From positions 2,494 through 66,493 of the forward strand of contig DXIW01000029.1 in NCBI GenBank assembly GCA_019112625.1: a DNA stretch of 64,000 nucleotides, written 5' to 3'. Source of the stretch: Candidatus Acutalibacter stercorigallinarum (GTDB taxonomy: Bacteria > Bacillota > Clostridia > Oscillospirales > Acutalibacteraceae). The notes under the pieces were generated by a model that made no database searches, was not told the origin of the DNA, and saw only the letters and a list, made by a program, of their open reading frames with translations. Positions 33,291 through 41,159 of the stretch are shown here, in pieces (the stretch's first letter is position 1; every line of letters begins with the position of its first letter). The position numbers and the translations under genes were made by a program.

Positions 33291-34238
33291 ATGTGGGGCT
33301 GGGTTCTGGCTGCTGTGGCGCTAGTGCTGGCGGCGGTGGCCGGGGCGGTGTGGTTTTTCTTCCGGTTCGCCTTTGTGCGCCGGGAGGAGGAGCGGACCGG
33401 CCAGGAGTTTGCGGAGGATGGGTCCATCTGGACACCCTTCGGCCGGCGGATGGAGGAGGCCCAGGCCTGGCTGGCGGCCCACACGGCGGAGCACGTGGGC
33501 CTCACCTCTTACGATGGGCTGGGGCTCTCGGCCCTGTACGTGCCCGCGGCGGCAGAGCGGCCCAAAGGGGTCTGCGTGCTGTTCCACGGGTACCGCTCCC
33601 TGGCCACGGTGGACTTCGCTTTGGAGGTGGAGTTCCTCCACAATCTGGGGTACCGGCTGCTGGTGCCCTACCAGCGCTCCCACGGGGAGAGCCAGGGAAG
33701 GTACATCACCTTTGGGGCCAAGGAGCGCTTTGACTGCCGGGACTGGGCCAAGTACGCGGCGGCACGGTTCCCCGGGGAGGACATCTTCCTCATGGGCATC
33801 TCCATGGGGGCGGCCACGGTGCTGCTGTCCCTGGGGACGGACCTGCCGGAGAACGTAAGGGGCGTGGTGGCGGACTGCGGCTTTACCAGCCCCTGGGAGA
33901 TTGTCCGCCACGTGGCCAAGCGGGATTTCCACCTGCCGGCCTTCCCCCTTTTGCACCTGCTGGACCTGGTCTGCCGGGGGATCGCCGGGTTTTCCCTGAA
34001 GGAGGCGGACACCCGGAAGGCTTTGGCGGGGAGCCGGCTGCCGGTGCTGTTCCTCCACGGGGCGGCGGACGACTTTGTGCCGGTCTCCATGAGTGAGGAG
34101 AATTACCGGGCCTGCCGGGGGGAGAAGTCGCTGTACCTGGTGCCCGGGGCGGGCCACGCCCAGAGCTACGCCATGGACACCCCGGGCTGCCAGGAGAGGA
34201 TCGGGGCGTTTCTCCGGGCCCATGGGCAGGGGGGATGA
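33291..34238 (+). CDS. Membrane-anchored alpha/beta hydrolase
   Basis: FHGY, HGESQG, GISMG, ADCGF, HGAADDFVP, GAGH. Confidence 0.9.
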   Translation: MWGWVLAAVALVLAAVAGAVWFFFRFAFVRREEERTGQEFAEDGSIWTPFGRRMEEAQAWLAAHTAEHVGLTSYDGLGLSALYVPAAAERPKGVCVLFHGYRSLATVDFALEVEFLHNLGYRLLVPYQRSHGESQGRYITFGAKERFDCRDWAKYAAARFPGEDIFLMGISMGAATVLLSLGTDLPENVRGVVADCGFTSPWEIVRHVAKRDFHLPAFPLLHLLDLVCRGIAGFSLKEADTRKALAGSRLPVLFLHGAADDFVPVSMSEENYRACRGEKSLYLVPGAGHAQSYAMDTPGCQERIGAFLRAHGQGG

Positions 34239-34244
34239 GGGAGG

Positions 34245-34330
34245 CCGGGGCCCTCTCCGCCAGCGCGGGGCGCTGGCGCTCCCCCGGCGGGGGAGCTGCC
34301 CCGGCGGAGCCGGGGCGGAGAGGGCCCCGG
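34245..34330. repeat. Four-way-junction element, copy 3 (most regular)
   Basis: 14-bp closing stem ccggggccctctcc/ggagagggccccgg and three perfect 8-bp arms with 3-nt loops GGG, GGC and GGA. Confidence 0.8.
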
Positions 34331-34550
34331 GGCGCGGGCCTGATGGCGGGAAAATTATTTTTTGGGACATCTTGCAAAGGGCTTCCGGTGGTGATAAGAT
34401 AGGGTCAATGCGACATTTGGACAGCACTGCCGGGCAAGGAACCAGGCGGCGAGAGAACGGGGCGAAGGCGGCCCCGGCCCCCCGCCGTCCTTTTATGCCC
34501 AAAGCCCGGCGGCAGGAGAGGAAAATACGGGAAAAACAAGGAGGATGGTT

Positions 34551-35951
34551 ATGGCGCAGCAGAGAATCCACAGCATGACCCAGGGGCACCCCACCCGGCT
34601 TTTGCTGATGTTCGCCCTGCCCCTGATGGTGGGCAACGTGTTCCAGCAGCTGTACACCGTGGTGGACACCGCGGTGGTGGGGCAGTTTGTGGGGGTGGGG
34701 GCGCTGGCCTCCCTGGGGGCGGCGGACGCCCCCAACTGGGGGGTGCTGGGCATCATCCAGGGGTTGACCCAGGGCTTCTCCATTTTGATGGCACAGCACT
34801 TCGGGGCCAAGGACTACCGGGAGCTCTCCCGGGCGGTGAGCGGCTCCATCACCCTGTGCGTGGTGTTCGGGGTGCTGCTGGCCGTGGGAGGCCAGCTGTG
34901 GGCGCTGCCCATTCTGCAGCTTTTGAACACCCCCTCTGACGTGCTGGGGGGCGCGGTGCTGTATTTGCGCATCGTCTACGGGGGCATCCCCGCCATTATG
35001 GCCTATAACTTTTTGGCGGCCATCCTGCGGGCCCTGGGGGACGCCAAGACCCCCCTGTACGCCATTGTGGTGGCGGCCTTGATGAACGTGGTGCTGGACC
35101 TGCTGTTCGTGGTGGGGTTCCACTGGGGTATTGCCGGGGCGGCCATCGCCACGGTGATCTCCCAGGTGGCGTCGGCGGTGTACTGCTACTTCAATGTGCG
35201 GCGCATCCACTTCATCCAGGTGCGCCGGGAGGACCTGCGGCCCGGGCGGCAGCTCTCCTGGGAGCTGCTGAAGCTGGGGTTCCCCATCGCCCTGCAGAAC
35301 GCCATCATCGCCGTGGGCAGCATGGTGGTGCAGTTTGTCATCAACGGCTTCGGGATGCTGTTCTTGGCCGGGTTCACCGCCACCAACAAGCTCTACGGCC
35401 TGCTGGAGATCGCCGCCTCCTCCTACGGCTTCGCGGTCACCTCCTATGTAGGGCAGAACCTGGGGGCCCGGCTGGTGGACCGGATCAAGAAGGGGATGCG
35501 GTCGGCGCTGGCCATCGCCGTCATCACCTCGGTGATTATCGGCGCGGCCATGCTGGTGTTCGGGCGGCTGATTCTGAGCCTGTTCATCTCCGGGGACCCG
35601 GGGGAGGTGGAGGCCTCGCTGCAGATCGCCTTCCACTACCTGTCCATTATGGCGGTGTGCCTGCCCATCCTGTATTTGCTGTACATCTACCGCTCTGGGC
35701 TGATGGGCCTGGGGGACACGGTGGTGCCCATGCTCTCCGGCTTTGCGGAGATGGTGGTGCGCATGGGCGTGGTGCTGCTGCTGCCCATCTGGATGGGCCA
35801 GGAGGGCGTGTACTACGCGGAAGTGGGCGCCTGGACCGCCGCGGCGGTGATTCTGGCGGCGGCCTACTACGTGCGCATTGGGAATATCGCCCGGCGCAAG
35901 GGCTTTGCCCGCCAGGAGGGCGAATCATCGGAACAGGAAGAGAGGGGATAA
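34551..35951 (+). CDS. MATE family efflux transporter 1
   Basis: GNVFQQLYTVVD, LRALGDAKTP, GQNLGA. Confidence 0.93.
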   Translation: MAQQRIHSMTQGHPTRLLLMFALPLMVGNVFQQLYTVVDTAVVGQFVGVGALASLGAADAPNWGVLGIIQGLTQGFSILMAQHFGAKDYRELSRAVSGSITLCVVFGVLLAVGGQLWALPILQLLNTPSDVLGGAVLYLRIVYGGIPAIMAYNFLAAILRALGDAKTPLYAIVVAALMNVVLDLLFVVGFHWGIAGAAIATVISQVASAVYCYFNVRRIHFIQVRREDLRPGRQLSWELLKLGFPIALQNAIIAVGSMVVQFVINGFGMLFLAGFTATNKLYGLLEIAASSYGFAVTSYVGQNLGARLVDRIKKGMRSALAIAVITSVIIGAAMLVFGRLILSLFISGDPGEVEASLQIAFHYLSIMAVCLPILYLLYIYRSGLMGLGDTVVPMLSGFAEMVVRMGVVLLLPIWMGQEGVYYAEVGAWTAAAVILAAAYYVRIGNIARRKGFARQEGESSEQEERG

Positions 35952-35955
35952 GGGT

Positions 35956-37344
35956 ATGAGCGAGAACGCGTTGAAAACAAAGGAAAACGGCATTACCGAG
36001 GGCGTGATCTGGAAGCAGCTGCTCATCTTTTTCTTCCCCATTCTCATCGGGACCTTTTTCCAGCAGCTGTACAACACGGTGGACACCATCGTGGTGGGAC
36101 AGTACGTGGGCACCCAGGCCCTGGCCGCCGTGGGCACCACGGGCAACATCATCAACCTGCTGGTGGGCTTTTTCGTGGGTGTGTCCTCCGGCGCCACGGT
36201 GATCATCTCCCAGTTCTTCGGGGCGGGGGATTCGCAGAACGTCTCCAAGGCGGTGCACACCTCCATGGCCCTGGCGTTGGTGGGCGGGCTTATCATCATG
36301 GCCTTCGGCCTGCTGACCGCCCGGCCCTCCCTGGAGATGCTGGGCGTGCCCGAGGAGATCATGGAGGACGCCATGACCTACCTGAACGTGTACTACTGCG
36401 GCATTATCGCCAGCATGATTTACAACGTGGGCACCGGCGTGCTGCGGGCCATCGGGGACAGCCGCATGCCCCTGTACGTGCTCATCGTGTGCTGCCTGGT
36501 GAACATCGTGCTGGACCTGCTGTTCGTGCTGGCCTTCCACTGGGATGTGTTCGGCGTGGCCTTTGCCACGGTGCTGTCCCAGGTGGTCAGCGCGGTGCTC
36601 ATTTTGCTGCGGCTCATGCTCACCCGGGAGTCCTACCGGGTGGAGCTGAAGAAGATCCGCTTTGACCGGAGTATTTTGAAGAACGTGATCCGCATCGGCC
36701 TGCCGGCGGGCCTGCAGTCGGTGCTGTACTCGGTGTCGAACCTGGTGGTGCAGGCTTCCATCAACTCCTTTGGCACCGACGCCATCGCCTCCTGGGCGGC
36801 CATCGGCAAGATTGACGGCTTTATCTGGATGGTGATGAGCGCCTATGGCATCGCCATCACCACCTTTGTGGGGCAGAATTTCGGGGCCCAGAAGTACGGG
36901 CGGGTGAAGCGGAGCATCAAGGTGTGCCTGGGGATGGCCCTGGGCACCACCATCGCCCTGTCCGTTCTGCTGCTGGTGTTTATGGAGCCCCTGCTGCGGT
37001 TCTTCACCGGGGACGAGGCGGTCATCGAGATCGGCCAGCGTTTTTTCTGGGTGCTGGCCCCCAGCTATTTCACCTATGTGTTCATCGAGATCCTCTCCGG
37101 CGCCATCCGGGGGGCGGGGGAGGCCTTCCAGCCCATGGTCATCACCTGCTTTGGGGTGTGCGGGCTGCGCATTCTGTGGCTGACCGTGGTGGTGAGCATC
37201 TGGCACACCATGGAGATGGTGGCCATGAATTACCCGGTGACCTGGGTTATCGCGGCCATTGTGTTTGTCATCTACTACTGCCGCATGAATTGGCTGCGCA
37301 GGTGCATCAAGCGCAGCGGCTTCCCCATGCCGGAGAAGCTGTAG
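35956..37344 (+). CDS. MATE family efflux transporter 2
   Basis: FFQQLYNTVD, LRAIGDSRMP, GQNFGA. Confidence 0.93.
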   Translation: MSENALKTKENGITEGVIWKQLLIFFFPILIGTFFQQLYNTVDTIVVGQYVGTQALAAVGTTGNIINLLVGFFVGVSSGATVIISQFFGAGDSQNVSKAVHTSMALALVGGLIIMAFGLLTARPSLEMLGVPEEIMEDAMTYLNVYYCGIIASMIYNVGTGVLRAIGDSRMPLYVLIVCCLVNIVLDLLFVLAFHWDVFGVAFATVLSQVVSAVLILLRLMLTRESYRVELKKIRFDRSILKNVIRIGLPAGLQSVLYSVSNLVVQASINSFGTDAIASWAAIGKIDGFIWMVMSAYGIAITTFVGQNFGAQKYGRVKRSIKVCLGMALGTTIALSVLLLVFMEPLLRFFTGDEAVIEIGQRFFWVLAPSYFTYVFIEILSGAIRGAGEAFQPMVITCFGVCGLRILWLTVVVSIWHTMEMVAMNYPVTWVIAAIVFVIYYCRMNWLRRCIKRSGFPMPEKL

Positions 37345-37376
37345 GAGAGAACGAGGGGCCGCCCTTCATGGGCGCA

Positions 37377-37410
37377 GGAGCCGTCCGGAGGACGGCTCCC
37401 GTTGTTTTTT
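37377..37410 (+). terminator. Intrinsic terminator
   Basis: ggagccgtcc-gga-ggacggctcc followed by a T-rich tail. Confidence 0.7.
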
Positions 37411-37528
37411 GAGGGTTTCTAAAGATTTGGCAGTGATTTTGCAACAAATGCCTGTTGCGCTTTTCCCGTTTTTGGGATATGATGAAGGTAACGCCAGAAC
37501 GGAATTTCAGAAATGGGAGGAGATCGAG

Positions 37529-39019
37529 ATGAACAATATTCCAGAAGTAAAGCTGGGCGTGGTGGCCGTAAGCCGGGACTGCTTCCCCATCACCCTGTCC
37601 CAGAGCCGCCGGGCCGCGGTGTGCAAAGCCTGCGGAGAGAAGGGCCTGGAGGTGTACGAGGCCCAGACCACCGTGGAGAACGAGCAGGACATGCTGAAGG
37701 CCGTGGAGGAAGTGAAGGCCGCGGGCTGCAACGCCCTCACCGTGTTTTTGGGCAACTTCGGCCCCGAGACCCCCGAGACCCTCATCGCCAAGTATTTTGA
37801 TGGGCCCTGCATGTTCGTGGCCGCCGCCGAGGGCGACGGGGACCTGATCAACGGCCGGGGCGACGCCTACTGCGGCATGCTCAACTGCTCCTACAACCTG
37901 GGGCTGCGGAAGCTCACCGGCTACATCCCCGAGTACCCTGTGGGCACTGCGGAGGAGCTGGCCCAGAAGATCGTGGAGTTCGCGCCCATCGCCCGGGCCA
38001 TCCTCGGCGTGAAGAACCTGAAGATCATCACCTTCGGCCCCCGGCCCCAGGACTTCTTCGCCTGCAACGCCCCCATCCAGGGCCTGTACGACCTGGGGGT
38101 GGAGATCGAGGAGAACAGCGAGCTGGACCTGCTGGTCTCCTACAAAGAGCATGCCGGTGATCCCCGGATCCCGGAGGTCTGCGAGGATATGGCCAAGGAG
38201 ATGGGCGAGGGCCGGTACTATCCCGACCTGCTGGCCCGGATGGCTCAGTTTGAGCTGACCCTGCTGGATTGGGCGGAAAATCACAAGGGCGCGCGGAAGT
38301 ACGTGGCCTTCGCCGACAAGTGCTGGCCCGCCTTCCCCAGCCAGTTCGGGTTCGAGCCCTGCTATGTCAACTCCCGGCTGGCCACCCGGGGCATCCCGGT
38401 GTCCTGCGAGGTGGACATCTACGGCGCCCTGTCGGAGTACATCGGCATGTGCGTCTCCGGCGACACGGTGACGCTGCTGGACATCAACAACTCCGTGCCT
38501 GCCTCCATGTACGAGGAGCAGATCAAGGGCAAGTTCGGCTATGACTACAAGCTGACCGATACCTTTATGGGCTTCCACTGCGGCAACACCCCCAGCTGCA
38601 AGCTGTGTGCCGACCGGGCCGTGAAGTACCAGCTCATCCAGCACAGGCTCTTAGAGCCCGCCGGTTCTGACCCCGACTTTACCCGGGGCACCCTGGAGGG
38701 CGACATCGCCCCCGGGGACATCACCTTCTACCGGCTGCAGAGCACTTCCGACGGGAAGCTGCGCTCCTATGTGGCAGAGGGTGAGGTGCTGCCGGTGGCT
38801 ACCGGCTCCTTCGGCGGCATTGGCGTGTTCGCCATTCCCGAGATGGGCCGGTTCTACCGCCACGTGCTGGTGGAGAAGCGCTACCCCCACCACGGGGCCG
38901 TGGCCTTTGGCCATTACGGCAAGGCGCTGTTCGAGGTGTTCAAGCTCCTGGGCGTGGAGGATATCGGCTACAATCAGCCGGCTTCGGTCCGCTACCCCAC
39001 TGAGAATCCGTTCGCCTAA
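37529..39019 (+). CDS. L-fucose/L-arabinose isomerase family protein
   Basis: GNFGPE, RGDAYCG, KCWP, CEVDIYG, FHCGN, PHH; substrate not determinable. Confidence 0.82.
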   Translation: MNNIPEVKLGVVAVSRDCFPITLSQSRRAAVCKACGEKGLEVYEAQTTVENEQDMLKAVEEVKAAGCNALTVFLGNFGPETPETLIAKYFDGPCMFVAAAEGDGDLINGRGDAYCGMLNCSYNLGLRKLTGYIPEYPVGTAEELAQKIVEFAPIARAILGVKNLKIITFGPRPQDFFACNAPIQGLYDLGVEIEENSELDLLVSYKEHAGDPRIPEVCEDMAKEMGEGRYYPDLLARMAQFELTLLDWAENHKGARKYVAFADKCWPAFPSQFGFEPCYVNSRLATRGIPVSCEVDIYGALSEYIGMCVSGDTVTLLDINNSVPASMYEEQIKGKFGYDYKLTDTFMGFHCGNTPSCKLCADRAVKYQLIQHRLLEPAGSDPDFTRGTLEGDIAPGDITFYRLQSTSDGKLRSYVAEGEVLPVATGSFGGIGVFAIPEMGRFYRHVLVEKRYPHHGAVAFGHYGKALFEVFKLLGVEDIGYNQPASVRYPTENPFA

Positions 39020-39037
39020 AAAGGATAAGCACGATAC

Positions 39038-39073
39038 AAAAAGGAGGCACCCCCCGGGGGATGCCTCCTTTTT
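39038..39073. terminator. Bidirectional terminator
   Basis: aaaaaggaggca-cccccc..ggggga-tgcctccttttt. Confidence 0.8.
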
Positions 39074-39083
39074 GCTGTTGTTT

Positions 39084-39809
39084 TCAGGCCCGGTCGCAGT
39101 ACAGTTCTATGGCCCGCTGGCAAAACGCCGCAGTGCCGGGGCCGCCTGCGCTGTCGATGGTCTGCTGGAACCGGGGGTCGCCAGTGTACATCTGCCCTAA
39201 CGCCCGGAATACCTCCACGGAACAGGTGTAGAAGCTGCGGGAAATGTGCTCCCGCAGCGTGGCGGTTTTTTCCTGCACCTCCGGGTCGGAGGGCGCAAGG
39301 TGCCGCAGGGCCCCCAGCTGGGCGAACAGCCCCAGCAGCTGGGACACTGCCTCGCCCTGGGCTTGCCCGTGTTTTTCTCTCTCCAGGGACTCCCGGTACT
39401 CTGGGGTGTGGCCCCAGCGCTCTTTGGCTTCGGTTTTATACTGTTCGATGTCGCTGTTATCGAAGGCGTGAAAATCCAAAATACTCTCTCCTTTTTTCTG
39501 CATTTCACGGGCAAAGGCGAGCAGTTCCCCCATGCGCTGGTATTGCAGCTCCAGCAAGGCGATCTGCTGTTCCAGGGCCTGGGACCGGTCGAAGCCAGGG
39601 CTGTCCAGGATCGCCTTGATCTCCTTGAGGGGGAATTGCAGCTCGCGGAACAGCAGGATGGTTTGCAGGCGGCCCAGGGCCGCGTCGTCATACAGCCGGT
39701 AGCCCGCCTGGGTCACCGCGGTGGGCTTTAAGAGGCCGATGGCGTCGTAATGGTGCAGCGTGCGCACGCTGACCCCCGTTAGTTTACTGACTTCCTTCAC
39801 TGTCCGCAT
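39084..39809 (-). CDS. MerR-family regulator with TipAS domain (Mta-like)
   Basis: VSVRTLHHYDAIGLL, GYRLY, EAKERWG, LGQMY..DPRF. Confidence 0.92.
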   Translation of the reverse strand: MRTVKEVSKLTGVSVRTLHHYDAIGLLKPTAVTQAGYRLYDDAALGRLQTILLFRELQFPLKEIKAILDSPGFDRSQALEQQIALLELQYQRMGELLAFAREMQKKGESILDFHAFDNSDIEQYKTEAKERWGHTPEYRESLEREKHGQAQGEAVSQLLGLFAQLGALRHLAPSDPEVQEKTATLREHISRSFYTCSVEVFRALGQMYTGDPRFQQTIDSAGGPGTAAFCQRAIELYCDRA

Positions 39810-39832
39810 ATACATCCCTCCCGTGTAAGGAC

Positions 39833-39863
39833 AGTATAGCCTATGACGCAGCGTCAGGGTCAA
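39833..39863 (-). promoter_or_regulatory. Autoregulatory Mta/TipA-type promoter-operator
   Basis: TTGACC-19-TATACT with dyad TGACGC-T-GCGTCA in the spacer. Confidence 0.85.
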
Positions 39864-40047
39864 GGGCTTTTTTGAAAAAGATTGCCGGATTTTCGGTGGG
39901 TGCGCAAGAAGGGGGTGGGTCGGGCCTTACTGGCTGAAAAGGGGGGATTTCTGTATAGGCTGCGCATGGACAGCGGCCCGGGGGTGTGCTATAGTAAAAC
40001 TGGAAGATTACGGGAAATCGGCTGTTGCCGCGAGAGGAGGCAGTGCT

Positions 40048-40515
40048 GTGAAGGAGAGAGGCTATCGCCGGGGTTTGGCGGCGTTTTTGATTCCCCTGGG
40101 CGTTCTGGTGGGCGCGGGGGCGCTGCTGCTCCTGTTTTGGGGGGCGACCAGCCTGTGGAGCTTTTTCCACACCGACAGCCAGGTCTACCGGGAAAACTGG
40201 GGACTGGCCCTGCCCCAGAAGGTAGAGCAGGAGTACAGCGCCCTCTCCCCGGACCGGGCCATGGGGGACGGCTGGCGCTACACCGTGTTCCAGGCCGGGG
40301 AGGCCGCCCCCTATTTTGAGGACCTGTGCCAGGGGAGGGACTTCCCAGAGGAGGAGCTGCGGGACTGGGCGGCGCGTTCGGAGGCGGCGGAGGAATGGCT
40401 CCCCGATTTTGACGCCTGCCGGGCCTGGTCCCAAAGCCAGGAGGACGGCAGCACCCTGTGGGTGCTCTACGACCCTGGGGTGGGGAGAGCCTATTTTTTC
40501 TGCATGACCATGTAA
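40048..40515 (+). CDS. Hypothetical membrane-anchored protein
   Basis: aggagg RBS, GTG start, N-terminal TM, NWGLALP and GDGWRYTVF; followed by a terminator. Confidence 0.65.
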   Translation: MKERGYRRGLAAFLIPLGVLVGAGALLLLFWGATSLWSFFHTDSQVYRENWGLALPQKVEQEYSALSPDRAMGDGWRYTVFQAGEAAPYFEDLCQGRDFPEEELRDWAARSEAAEEWLPDFDACRAWSQSQEDGSTLWVLYDPGVGRAYFFCMTM

Positions 40516-40527
40516 GACAGGGAACAG

Positions 40528-40564
40528 AACAGCATCCCCCGGTTTTGGCCGGGGGATGCTGTTG
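40528..40564. terminator. Hairpin between convergent genes
   Basis: aacagcatcccccgg...ccgggggatgctgtt. Confidence 0.7.
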
Positions 40565-40568
40565 CGTA

Positions 40569-41135
40569 TTATGGGGCGGGCTTTTGGGCACCCTTCCTGG
40601 CGGCCAGGCGGAGCACCCGGGGCCGGTTGTAGCGCTGGGCGGCGGCGAAGGCCAGGTCCAGCCCGGCGGCGAGGAGCCCGGTGAGCAGGAACACGGGGAA
40701 GGCCCCGAAGGGGAGGGCGAACAGCAGGGACAGGAGGCTCAGCAGGGCGATAGCCTCGTGGACCAGCTCGGACCGGCACATGTGGTCCGCCACCTGCAGA
40801 GGGGAAAAGTGCCGGAGGGAGAGGCTGGCCGGGTCGTAGGTGGGCAGGCGATTTTTCCACCTGCGCACCCCCAGGGCCCGGTAGAGGGGGGCCTCCCAGG
40901 CCCGGGGGCGGAACCAGGGGCCCATGGGGTCGAAGGGGGCCTTGGGGGACAGGGCCCGCACCGCCAGGGGGCCGATGACCCGGATGGCCAGGTGGTACAG
41001 GAACATCCCGCAGGTGATGGCGCAGGTTTTGGCACAGGCCGCGCCGGTGGCCGCCCAGAGGGCGGCGAACAGGCCGCAGCCCGCCCCAGAGGCCAGCGTC
41101 CCCACGAAGGCGGCGCGGGCCAGCGTTTTCTTCAT
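40569..41135 (-). CDS. Membrane protein resembling the CrtO acyltransferase family
   Basis: LGVRRWK..LP, E..H and QRYNRPR motifs. Confidence 0.6.
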   Translation of the reverse strand: MKKTLARAAFVGTLASGAGCGLFAALWAATGAACAKTCAITCGMFLYHLAIRVIGPLAVRALSPKAPFDPMGPWFRPRAWEAPLYRALGVRRWKNRLPTYDPASLSLRHFSPLQVADHMCRSELVHEAIALLSLLSLLFALPFGAFPVFLLTGLLAAGLDLAFAAAQRYNRPRVLRLAARKGAQKPAP

Positions 41136-41159
41136 AGGCGTCTCCTTGGGGGAGGGCTG

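Noticed and set aside
34245-34330. Cloverleaf elements as tRNA genes
   Set aside because: No 7-nt anticodon loop, TTC T-loop, D-loop or CCA end; the loops are 3-4 nt
33321-35636. 771-aa minus-strand ORF, and similar long antisense ORFs such as 1940-3421, 15899-17728, 41412-43625 and 54389-55891
   Set aside because: They lie opposite well-supported genes, lack recognisable motifs, and are the expected shadow frames of high-GC3 coding DNA
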